64,000 nucleotides of DNA. Source: Hemiscyllium ocellatum (taxonomy: Eukaryota). The position numbers and the translations under genes were made by a program. Location of the stretch: positions 20,674,496 through 20,738,495 of the forward strand of contig NC_083431.1 in the NCBI RefSeq assembly GCF_020745735.1, given 5' to 3'. The notes under the pieces are model-generated. The model was given only the letters and a program-made list of their open reading frames with translations, had not been told where the DNA came from and searched no databases. Positions 52,586-64,000 of this stretch are shown piece after piece; within the stretch, counting starts at the first letter, position 1; every line of letters starts with the position of its first letter.

Positions 52586-54043
52586 ATACTGCCAAACTAC
52601 TTTCCCCACTCTTTCAAGTAGTATATTCCAGATATAACAATTTATCATGTACGAAATTCTATCTTGCATCTACCCTTAGTTCCTTTGCCAATTGTTTTAG
52701 ATACTCATCATCTGGTACCACTATAGCTTCCAGTGGAAACCATTTATCCTTATTTATTCTATCATAACATCTCAGTTTTTTAGACATAATAATTTAAGAT
52801 CTAAGTTTTACATCTTCCCTTCACCTTCTTTGTTCTCAGGAGAAAAAATTTCTTTCCTCTCCCCAAAATGAAGTTTATCCCACTGGCACCAAAGATTCTA
52901 TGTGCTTATCAACATGGTATCTTCGGGCATGTGAACCTTCAAATCACTTTGTGCTTGCACCCTCTTTAAAACTGTACCATTATCCTATTATTTAGTGTAA
53001 TTTCTGTTCTTAAATCTTGTAAGAATCCCCACCTCTGTAAACACCTTTGTAAGTGGAGTTTCAGATCCAAGAAGGTGCCAGATGTGATAATGCCTCCATA
53101 TTTTAAAAACAAAAATTGAAAAAGGTTTGTAACAATGTGGAGTATATTTCCCTAACTAATACAACATCCATGTGAGCAGGGAACTTTGCCAATTGAATTT
53201 CTTTCATGTCTTGTTCACTTTAATTGTTATAATTATCTGCAACAACCGAGTCTCTTTGTTTCTTTTCATTTCCTTTGATTGCTTTTGTTCTATTCCCAAC
53301 TCTGTTGTTAAAACATTGTTACCCCAAATTTAAAAATGTCTGCAATCACCCTCCTCCTTAAAATAACTTACCTTCATCCATTGGTCCTCTGACTATTGCA
53401 GCACCTCCCACCCATGTTTCCCTTTAGAGATTCTGGTGTGGGTTGTCACCTTCCAATTTCATTTCTCTCACTCTGATAACATCCTATTCAAAACTTTGAG
53501 CTGATGTCCATCTTGTTCACAGTACAAAGCATGTTCTACTCAAAGTGCTTTGGTTTTGTATAGCCCACTATAGCAAAGTTGTTGCCAATGTTCTTATGAA
53601 AACAAGACACAATGTGGCATCAAAGAGATGGGATTGCGCTGGTTACTGTGATATTGTTAACATGTTCGTGAAGAATTCATACACCCATCTTTAGAAAAAA
53701 ACCTCACATGACTTTACAAGAAATTTTGGAATTAATTTCCAATTTATTTTAGAACTGGAGTTATTTCCTTAATCAATATTTGGAAACAGTTATCCTGATT
53801 TTTAAGTTGCTCCACTGTATTTTCTCAATAGTTTACTCATCACTTGTTTGCTAGCCATTCAAAAGGGGAGAACTTTGGGAGATCATTCCTGTACATGTGT
53901 TTTTAGGGAGGATCTGTTGATGTTAGTGAATGTTTTTGTTTAAACAGCAGTTGGAATATGTGAATATTCTGGACTTTCTATGTAGAAGAAGATTGGTATG
54001 TGTTCCTTGCCTACGCTGAATTGTGGATCTTTTCTCACAATAG

Positions 54044-54214
<171 letters not shown>

Positions 54215-55519
54215 TGAGCATATATATTGGGAGCTGGCTTCGCATAAGAGCTTTTGTTTTTGAATATACATTTTCAAACCTGTTGATGCAAAGTGATGCA
54301 TGTGCATTCAGGCATGATGTACCATGGAAAGCCTGTAATGCCAGCAAAACTCTGACAAAGCAGCATGAAATATATCGGGTTCTCTTTGAGTAGATGGCCT
54401 TAGTCACCTCCCGTAAGCAACAGTGGATGGCAAACTGCAAAACATCGCATATGTCTTCAGCTCCGTTCTGAAAGTAGCTAGTTGCAGAAGTTCCATTGCC
54501 ACATCATTTTCACATCTATTGGTAATGCAGAATTTCCCTTGCTTTGAGATTTTTTGCCATGGCTACAGCTGACAGCAGATTTCACTGACATTGTGCTTAC
54601 TGAAAAATAGACATCACACATATTGTTCCCTATTGAAGTTCAGTTGGGGGAGAATTTCTCCCCAAACACTATGGATGGATATGGTCTCATTCCTCTTGTA
54701 GCAGTTTGTCCTATTCTACACAACCTCTGTTCATTCTGCGAGTTTTTCTGAATTCCAAGGGAATTGCCTATCAGTACAGCCAATCTATAAGCAACTGTTT
54801 TGCGTTGAAGCCTTGAGGTCAGCAAATACAGTTTGGACACTTGCTTCACCAATCCTTGTTGATTGTTGCAACTCAAACTAAATATGGAACAAACCAACAC
54901 TTGTGAATTTGGAGCAACAAACTGAAATACTCAAATAACAACCAAGCTCAAATTTGACGATCCCTTTTCAATAACAATCTGGATTTCCTGGTCTTGAATT
55001 TCAGCTATGCATAGTTTAGTGAGGTTGCTTAATGGAACACCCAGGATGGAAATTGTGCAGCTTTTGCCAAATGGTGGTGCACAATGATAAACATCTGCCT
55101 AATCTGCGTATTTCCAACATGCACATTCTCACCCTAAGATGTCCATTGCGACTTGCCTCGTAAGTTTGTGCATAAACTGTAGCCACCATTTACTAAGTCC
55201 CAGGGAACTCATTGCAACAAAAAAGTAAATGTGAAATTATTTATGTGAAATGGCTATGGGACAAAACAGCTCAAATGTTAGGGGACATGAGCTGAGTGCT
55301 GATAAATAGATTGATTATACTGGTGTTATATTGACATCACACGGGTGCAGCAAGATTTACTTCTGTGAAGTTACTGCTGAAACATTTTGCTGGGAAAAAA
55401 GTAAAGATTTACTTGAAATTTAATTGTGTTATACCTGACCTGGATGCTTGCAACTGATCTCTGATGACCAAAACCTAAAAAAATTACAGTCCCCAGTGAC
55501 ACCCATCATAGTTAATTTT

Positions 55520-55878
55520 TTTTCTTTATTGATTCATGAACTATGGGCGTCGCTTGCTAGGTAGCATTTATTGCCCATCCTTAGTTTGCCCAGAATACAG
55601 TTATGCGTTAACCACATTGCTGTGGGTCTGGAGTCACATGCAGGTCAGACCAGATAAGGATGGCATTTCCTTCCCTCAAGGGCATTAATGAACCAGGTGG
55701 GCTTTCTGACAATTGACAATTGATTCATGGTCATTATTAGACACCTAGTTTCAGATTTTTTTTGTTAAATTCAAATTTTACCATTTGCCATGAGGGGATT
55801 TGAACCTGGGTCCCCAGAATATTATCTGAATTTCTGAATTAACAGTACAGCAATAATACCCCAGGGCCATCGCATCCC
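55520..55878 (-). mobile_element. tRNA-headed SINE with LINE-type tail (partial copy at 46075-46232)
   Basis: Minus strand has B-box GGTTCAAATCC and ends GGGCAATAAATGC; shares about 150 bp with 46075-46232. Confidence 0.7.
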
Positions 55879-55966
55879 CTAGTGTGTAGTAAATTGGGTG
55901 ATGGGGCATTGACGTGCTCAAATGTACAAAAGCAGGCTAGCAACTGTGATGGTTTGATCTTGAATA

Positions 55967-56470
55967 TAGAGTCATAGAGCTGTACAGCACGGAAATAGAC
56001 CTTTTGATCCAACTTGTCCATGCTGACCAGATATCCTAAATTAATGTAATCCCATTTGCCAGCATTTGCCCTTCCTTTTGATGTACCCATCCAGATGCCT
56101 TTTAAATGTTATATCCATACCAGCCTTCAACACTTCCTCTGGAAGCTCATTCTATACACGCACCACCTTCTGCACAAAAAAGTTGTCCCTTAGGTCCCTT
56201 TTAAATCTTTCCCCTCTCACCTTAAACCTCTGTCCTCTAGTTTTGGACTCCCCCACCTTGGGGAAAAGAACTTGGCTATTTACTGTATCCATGCCTCTCA
56301 TGATTTTATAAACTTGTTTAAGGTCACCCCTCAGCCTCTGACACTCCAGGGAAAATAATGTCTCCCTGTAGCTCAAACCCTCCAACCCTGGCAGCATCTT
56401 TGTAAACCTTTTTTTAAACCCTTTCAAGTTTCACAACATCCTTCCAGTAGCAGGGAGAAAGAATTGTGCA
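55967..56470 (-). mobile_element. CR1 (HER1-like) 3' fragment
   Basis: KRFTKMLPGLEGLSY...RLRGDL..VYKIMRG...TRG..FKV. Confidence 0.88.
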
Positions 56471-56633
56471 ATATGGAAGCTGTCTTCCTGTAAATATAAA
56501 CTTGCAGGTCTATAAAGGGAAGGGCCTTCAATGCCTGACTGTCTGATCTGCATCACTCAATTTTGTAGGTAGGACATGAAAATGTATCTTAAATCAATCA
56601 TTTGTCTCTAATCCCATTTGTTCTTTACTCTAG

Positions 56634-56853
56634 CTTTGGAGCAGTTGATGATGGCAAACCATTGCACATTGTCAAAGTTCAGGATCATGGCCGAGTTCAC
56701 ATATGGAACTGCCATCGGGATAAAATAGACGGATCTTTCGTAGTGGTTCCACTGAAGGATCAGCACAACAGGGTGTTTGGAGTTTTGGGTATTGACACAC
56801 TGCGAGATCACTGTGACAAGTACTTCACATCTCATGAGATCAATTTTTATCAG
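56634..56853 (+). CDS. EFCAB5: EFCAB5 GAF-domain exon (SFGAVDDGKPLHI...VVPLKD...FGVLGIDTLRD...HEINFYQ), phase 2-0
   Basis: Acceptor ttactctAG, donor CAG|GTGAAT, 220 nt. Typical GAF 'S-x-x-x-VPL...GVL' signature. Confidence 0.95.
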
Positions 56854-57070
56854 GTGAATGTGCATTATCAGGTTGGAGACCTACCCTTCAATTTTCATTA
56901 ACTTTATGAAAAGTTTGGAGCTGAGCAAAACATATCCATAGAAAATGCAATAAGCAAATTGCTTGTGTTTAATGCAGCTCTAACGATTCTTAGTTATTGA
57001 AAAATGATTTAATAAATAACTACCTAACTGTAAATTTATTGAGATTTTATTCAAGTATCATTCAATACAT

Positions 57071-57197
57071 AGTAAAAAATGAGGTCTGCAGATGCTGGAG
57101 ATCACAGCTGCAAATGTGTTGCTGGTCAAAGCACAGCAGGTTAGGCAGCATCTCAGGAATAGAGAATTCAACGTTTCGAGCATAAGCCCTTCATCAG
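57071..57197 (-). mobile_element. PLE family A monomer, identical to 3028-3154
   Basis: 127/127 identity by manual comparison; hammerhead core at 57166-57197. Confidence 0.9.
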
Positions 57198-57206
57198 CCT
57201 TACAAT

Positions 57207-57422
57207 GTTAAAAATCACACAACACCAGGTTATAGTCCAACGGATTTAATTGGAAGCACTAGCTTTCGGAGCGCTGCTCCTTCATCAGGGATCACAACCA
57301 CCTGATGAAGGAGCAGCGCTCCAAAAGCTAGTGTTTCCAATTATACCTGTTGGGCTATAACCTAATGTTATGTGACTTTTAACTTTGTACACCCCAGTCC
57401 AACACCGGCATCTCCAAATCAT
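57207..57422. mobile_element. PLE family B palindromic element with hammerhead motifs on both strands
   Basis: Inverted arms of about 83 bp. Minus strand CUGAUGA-A-GGAGC(AGC)GCUCC-GAAA-GC-UA-GUG (57257-57291); the + copy has G12>A. Near-TSD AGCCTTA(C/G)AAT at 57196-57206 and 57423-57433. Confidence 0.85.
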
Positions 57423-60400
57423 AGCCTTAGAATAATAGTGCATTTATGTATCTTGTGACAATTACTTAAAGCTTGGCTTGATGATTTGTTTAAGCAGTAA
57501 TAACTTACTCTTGCAATAATGCATATACAAAGCATTTTGAAAAATATTAACCTAAATAAATAAATATAATGAGCTTTTCATGAACTGGCAAATCGAATAT
57601 TAGGCAATGTGGTGTACAATGATCCCTCATTGCTTTTTCACACTGTCCTTTCACTATACTTCCAATTTTGTCAGTCCAAATCATAATTTAAAAAATTACC
57701 AGGGAAAAGCTGTTGAAAAAATCAAAATAGTATTAAACTGAAATCAATAAGAATAGCTTATTTGCTACCTAAATATGAATTTCAAATTTAAAAATCTGAA
57801 ATACTTCAAAGATAAAACTTGGTTTCCAAATATATAAGCAAAACAATTAAAATCAGTAGAAAGACTCCTAAGTTATTTAGTCTGAAAGCATGCTTGTTTG
57901 GGCATTATTGCAATGTTGTAGCAGAAAATAAAGGTCTTGGGATAATATTGAATTCTTAAGTCTCATCCTAATAGTTCTGATAAGTTGCAACACTCACGAT
58001 GATGGCTCATCTGTTGGAACTTCTAACAATTTTGCCATGCACCAAAGCCCAGAGGGAAAGTGAGGAGATTGGAGTTGGCAGAAAGTGTTGATTGAGAGGG
58101 ATTGAGGATGAGTTCAGCACTTCCGCTTCTTCTAATTCCAAAAGAGACAAAATTGTGCTATTCCCTGCCTAACAGCATGTGGGTTTACCTATGCACATGG
58201 ACTTGTCCAAGAAGGCAGCCTCACCATCACCTTCTCAAAGGCAACTAGAGACTGCCAATAAGTGTTGACCAAATGGTAGCATTCCACAAATGAATAAAAA
58301 AAAGAATGTCCGCTCCAATCTTCAGACTGTTAACTGTAATCCCTGGCTCTTGCAATACTTCCTGCGCTTTGTTACTGTACGGAACATATTGTGGACTATG
58401 TTATTGTCCCTGACATCCATTCACATTTAAGTGTGTATGCCTTCTCCTTCTCAATTGGAACAAAAATATAAAACAAAAAGTGGAATAGCTGTCTGACTAT
58501 TTTAATCACAATAGGCCTTTTATTTAAGCAGCCTGCAGCTGCCCTTCAGTTAAGTTGCTGAGGACACTCTGTGCAGCATGAATTCTGACTAGGAAAAATG
58601 GTTTAGTCACCTTAATCTGAAATAATCCAGAACCCTCAATATTTAAATTAGTCCTGCCATCCCAGCCTTCCATGTAATATAAGCATTAGACCTATGGTCT
58701 AGTCTGTTGAATGTAGATCAGAACTCTGGTAAATTAGTTATCATTATGCCAATTTTTGTCCCATAAAATAGATGCAGCATTGTTGAATTTATGCCTTCAT
58801 ATAGTTTGCTTGCCAGGCAGTGTATTTTAGCAAATAAAAATACCTTGTGGAGTCAAGGGAATTAGATAACTTTAAAAGAGAAACAAAGACTGCTGCGGAT
58901 GCACAGCAGGTCAATGAGTGGCTGAAGGAGAATGAAGATGAATCTGTGTCAACTCTTCAATAGATTCAAGCTGAAGTATAAAGCAGAGCACATTTCTTTT
59001 CCTAAGAGCAGGATTTTCACAGGATTCAAATCTCTGTCTCCTAACCATGTCCCATCTAACTCACTTGATACTCTTTTGAAAACCAAAAGTGAAGTCTGTT
59101 GAAGACACAGTATCTTTTAAAATTATTTATTTAATTGACCAGGTCCCATGATTGAATCATAAATAAAACTGTTCAGGCATATTATCTAACTACCTCCAGA
59201 GTAGGTGGGATTGAACCCAGACTTTCTGATCCAGCGATAGAGATATTGACACAACACTACAAATGCCATACTGGCTCTCCTTATAACTGATTCTAGCCCC
59301 TAATGATGTAATGCTCATTTCCTGTGTATCTTTAACAACATAGTTAACTCCAGTTCTCTGCAACAGCAATTCAATTAATTGCACTCCTTCACATTTGCCC
59401 ATGATCACCTTAGATATTTTTCTCCATCAGCTGATTATCTGATTCCTTTTTGAAAGTCACTATTGAATTTGCCTGCACCTCACTTTCAAGTAGTGTCTTC
59501 CAGATTGCAAGAATATAGAGCTTAAAGAAGATTCTTTTGCCAATCATCTTAAATCTTTGTCCTCTAGATTCTTCCGCTTCCTCTGTCTAGACTCTCATGA
59601 TTATGAACAATGTTATTAAAATCTCCTCTCAATCTCCTCTGAGGAGATCAACTCCAACTTCTCCAATTTATCCAAATAGCTACAGGTCCCCATCCCTAAA
59701 ATAATTTAGTGTAAATTTTGTACCCTTCCTAAAGTCATCATACTTTCCAATATCGAATACAATAATCCAGCTGAGTCTGAACCAGATGTTTATAAAAATT
59801 CATGCTAGCTTATTTCCTTTTTGTACATTATGGGCTGGAAACAGGGTCCGTGGCAGGAGAGCTCCTAAACTGGCAGTGCAGCATAACGGAGGGAGTCCAG
59901 CATCTGCCCCACCCCCAGTTGATGTTATTATTACAGACAGTAATAGGTGAATTTAATTGTTTTATGGTTCTCCTCTTCTGTATGTAAGCTAAGGTCATTT
60001 TAATTTTTCTTTTTTTATTTCTTTTCTCTCTTTGTTCTCCCCAAACCTTCTGTTTGTGACATCCAATTTAAAATGACCAAATGTTAAAAGTGTAGGGATT
60101 ATAGGTACATTAAAATCTAAATTTAATATCTAGCTCCTGCTCTGTCTTGAACAAACAGACAAGCATACATTCAGGCACATGAAAGGAAGAAAAAAATAGA
60201 AAGGAAAGGAAAAGAAGTTACAGGAATGAATGAGTTAGAAATCAAAACCATGGGCATAAATTCATCTGAACCAAGTATGCAATGTCCAGTGAAGGTTCTT
60301 CCAGAATCCTTTTTTCATAAGAGCATGGATACAGGTAGTTGAAGTTGTAGATGTAGCAATATGATTCTTATAGACTGGGATTTAATCCAGGTAAATATAG

Positions 60401-60559
60401 GCTTCTTCTCAGAAATCAGATACATTAGGGACATTTAAGTGACTCTTGGATAGGCACATGGAAGTTAGTTCTGATCTTGGAGTAGGATAAAAGACTGGCA
60501 CAACATCTAGGGCCAAAAGGCCTGTACTGTGCTGCACTGTTCTATGTTCTGATCCTGAG

Positions 60560-62390
60560 AACCATTCTCTTATGCACCCTCTGTAATGCTTTCACATCTT
60601 TCCTAAAGTGCAGCGCACAGAACTGGATGCTGTACTCCAGCTAAGTCTGAACTAATGCCTTGCACAAATTCAAAAGAGCCTCCTTGCTCTTCTCATTTAG
60701 AACCTAGATACTGCATGATAAACCAATTAATCTCTCGACCAGTGCTGCCTCCTCTAATGATTAATGCATATGCTCATACTTCAAACTGAACTTCATCTGC
60801 CACTAACATGCCTTTTTGCTTTTTACAGTTTACAATGGTCCCAAATTCCATATTGTTCTGAAATTTTGAAATTGTGCCCTGGCAAGGCATAATCTAAAAC
60901 AGTCATATATATCAGGAAAAGCACTTGTCCCAACAGATTCCTTGGAAATTCCATCAGTAAATCTTTCCCCAGATCAAAACGCATCCACCAACCATTACTC
61001 TCTGTTTTCTGTCACCCAATCAATTTTGCATCTATATTGCACGAGCTCTAAGCTCACTCACAAGTCTATTCTGTGACACTGGATTAAATGCCTTGATTTA
61101 TACCACATCAACAGCATTACCACAACCAACTCTCTCTGTTACCTCTCCAAAATCCTCCAGCAAGTTTGCTAAGCCTGATGTTCCCTTAAAAAAATCTTGC
61201 TGACTCTCCCTAATTGAAACCCATTTGTCTGTCTGACTTTTGATTTTGAGTCAGTGTCATACAGCACCAAAACAGATCCTTTGGTCTAACTAGTCCAAAC
61301 CAATCATGTTCCCTAACTAAACTAGTCCCACTTGTCTGTATTTGGCCCATATCCTGCAAGCCTTTTATATTCAATTACTTATCTTTTAAACATTGTAACA
61401 GTACTGGTATCTACCACTTCCTCTGGCAGTTCATTCCACACTCGAACCACTCTCTGTGCAAAAAGGTTGCCCTTTATGTTCTTTTTAAAAATTTCTTGTC
61501 TCACCTTAAAAATATGCTTCCTAGTTTTAAACATCCCACCCTGGGGAGAAAAAAAACCCCTTCCTATTAACCTTATCTATCCCCCTCATGATTTTATAAA
61601 TCTCTATAAGGTCACCCCTTGATCTCCAATGCTCCAGTGACCAAAGTCCCAAACTATACAGTCTATCCTTATAATCCAAACCCTCCATTCCTGGCAAAAT
61701 CTTGGTAAATCTTTTCTCAATCTTCTTCAATTTAATAATATTCTTCCTAAAACAGTTCGACCAGAACTGCACACAGTTCTCCAGAAGGGGCATCATCAAT
61801 GTCCTGTACAACCTCAATGTGACGTCTCAACTCTTATACTTGAAAGGTTTGAGCCATGAAGACATGTCTGCTAACCACACTGTCTACCTGTGATGCAGGT
61901 TTCAAAGAATTATGTACCCGAACCTCAAGGTTCGTTTGACTTGGAATATTATTTCTAGAAGTTTCCTTATTCAGAGTTGAGCTGATAAATGCTGTTGCTG
62001 TTAGCTTATCTTTACACCCTTGATTGAGTAAGGATGTTTGCGATTCATCTGCTTTTTCATACTCCATCTCGGCTTCACTTTCTTGGTCTTTCACCAGCTG
62101 TTTGAACCTTTCATAATCAACCTGGTTCTCAACTGTATTTTCTACCTGACATCTGTCATAAATACACTTTTCCTTCTTTATCATAATTTCCAACTCTTTT
62201 GTTAACCAGGAAGCTGTGGGATTTGTCTGGCCTAACTTTCCCTTTCAGAGAAATGTTCCTTAACTCTGCCTGAATCATCTTTTCTTCGAAAGTAGTCCAT
62301 TGTTCAGTTTTCTCTGATAATCTTTGAATTTGTTCAGCCCAGTTCAATTTTTGTATCATTGCAGTTGGCTTTCCCAAATTTAACTACTTC
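60560..62390 (-). mobile_element. Cluster of CR1 fragments
   Basis: LYRTLMMPLLENCVQFWS...KRFTKILPG...RGDLIEIYKIMRG (61527-61817) plus flanking decayed ORF2 pieces. Confidence 0.78.
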
Positions 62391-62399
62391 CCAGCATTG

Positions 62400-62660
62400 A
62401 GCCACTGACCTCCCCCCCAACGTTCAGCTACAATGGGCTGGGCGCATCATCTGCATGACCAACGAGGAGTGGACGAGGAGCTTTCGGGAAGGAAAAAAAT
62501 GGAAGCCAGGTGGAAACAGCGAAAGGAGCTCACTGCCACACCATCTGCCCCAAGTATAACAGAGCCTGCGATAGCCACATTGGTCTGCACCACTACAGAC
62601 TCACCCTGAGGGAGGGAGACAGTCATCCTCATGTATGAGGGACAACTGATGATGATGATG
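62400..62660 (+). mobile_element. Probable RTE LINE 3' end with (GAT)n tail
   Basis: QLQWAG-like start (CAGCTACAATGGGCTGGG), ends GAGGGACAACTGATGATGATGATG. Confidence 0.55.
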
Positions 62661-63499
62661 CTGATTCTAACTGTAGATTGTTCATTGTTCTTTGACCTAA
62701 ATCTTATGATGCAACAAGCACTATCCCTTAAATGTTCTCTCACTCTTACTTGGTCCACCTCATTCCCAACAAGAAGGATTAGTAGTAGCTTTCTTTCTCA
62801 TTTGTCTCAAAATAGTTCACCTGGGAGCACACTGGGGCCTCTTACCCACATAGTGAGTAGATGTGGTTGGAACAATAGTTCAACATTCAGACTTAGAAGG
62901 ATCCAGCTTTAATCAGAAGCTGAAATTAGTCATGGCAATGGCTGCAATTTCTTTCAATACCAGTGGGAGGAAAAAACTGCTCCATGCCTTTATTCAGGGA
63001 TCATCCATTCAAACCTGTGCCCAGTTTATGTCAAGTGATCACGGGACTTCCTCTCAATGGTCAAATAACTTGCCAGTAATCGATGCCCAATCATCAATAT
63101 TGATGAGGTCAATAAAATGCTTGAAGTTTGAGTTAGCACCAGCAGAAGCAGAGTGGGAGGAAAGCAGGATAATGTATGACCAGAGCTGAATTGCAGATGT
63201 GTATGGGATTCGCCTTGCTGCTTATTATCATTCTAACTGGAAATTAACTTGAAATGGTAGACAGTGCTGTCTTCCATTAACTCTCTGTGCTTCACAAATT
63301 GGTTTTGTTGAGTGGTAAGGCAATGAACAAACTATATTTTGTGTAAATATACAATTGCTATAAGTACACTGATATTTAATATAAGGTGCAATTTCAGCTT
63401 TCAGCTTAATGTGAACTTATATTCACTTATATTGGTCTGTTGCAACTTTAACCATTTTTAAGAGTAATTAAAACACACTGATTACATTTTGATTCTTAG

Positions 63500-63652
63500 G
63501 GTGTGGCAAAGGCATTTAGTATTGCCTATCATCATGTTCGTGTCCGGAATGACATCCTAAAAGTTGTGGATAATGCTGTGTTGTGGCTGTTTAATGAAAC
63601 ACCAAATATCAACCCTGTCATCACCTACCTGGCAGAACCTTCAGGTAGCAAG
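63500..63652 (+). CDS. EFCAB5: EFCAB5 exon (GVAKAFSIAYHHV...ITYLAEPSGSK), phase 0-0; gene continues past the window
   Basis: Acceptor ttcttAG, donor AAG|GTACAT (an alternative GT follows 63644), 153 nt. Resembles recalled 'GVANVFSTAYHYV'. Confidence 0.9.
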
Positions 63653-64000
63653 GTACATCATGTATTTCACTCCATCTTGTTACAGGTAGCTTAGCAGGAC
63701 ATAAAGTTTCTGAATTTAAGGTCATATTGCTGTTCAGTTCAATTAATGCTATCAATCAAGCTTTTGAGGCTGTTTCTGCCATTCAGCATAATTACTTTTA
63801 AATTGGAGAAAGAAAGCTGTTCACATATTGCAGGTTTTGCCGAAGCAAAGATACCCAGTGTTGACCTTAGAAAGCATCACACACCAATCTGGTGATATCA
63901 GAGGTTTTTTTCCCCAATGACACTTTTAATTTGGCATCAAATCCAACAAGTGTGCTGGCATACAGCAACAGTGATGTCAGCATTCAGGTAAGCAACCAAT

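Noticed and set aside
51535-52767. Long repetitive ORFs (up to 243 aa), and a superficially CRISPR-like 28-30 bp periodicity
   Set aside because: The units are contiguous related monomers with no unique spacers and no cas genes, in a vertebrate intron. The ORFs follow from periods divisible by 3.

Overview
Eukaryotic, AT-rich, repeat-dense genomic DNA. The repeat content (HE1-like V-SINEs, CR1/HER1-type LINEs, Neptune-type Penelope elements) points to a cartilaginous fish, probably a shark; this is an inference. The window holds ten consecutive + strand coding exons of EFCAB5 (19922-63652). All have GT-AG boundaries and compatible phases, and they splice to an open 1758-nt / 586-codon internal segment with one canonical EF-hand and a GAF domain. 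The gene continues beyond the window on the 3' side, and I found no upstream exons in 1-19921. The rest is intronic and filled with nested CR1, RTE, SINE and minisatellite sequence. The most notable non-coding signal is about 17 Penelope-like-element (PLE) pieces in three sequence families, most of which retain a minimal type I hammerhead ribozyme motif. Helices I, II and III covary between the families. Many copies are short asymmetric palindromes with 11-15 bp target-site duplications (TSDs), and two copies 54 kb apart are identical over 127 bp. PLE-borne hammerheads are known in general; whether these shark families and their palindromic non-autonomous forms are described cannot be judged from the sequence alone. 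Most ORFs in the supplied track are spurious or decayed retroelement fragments.
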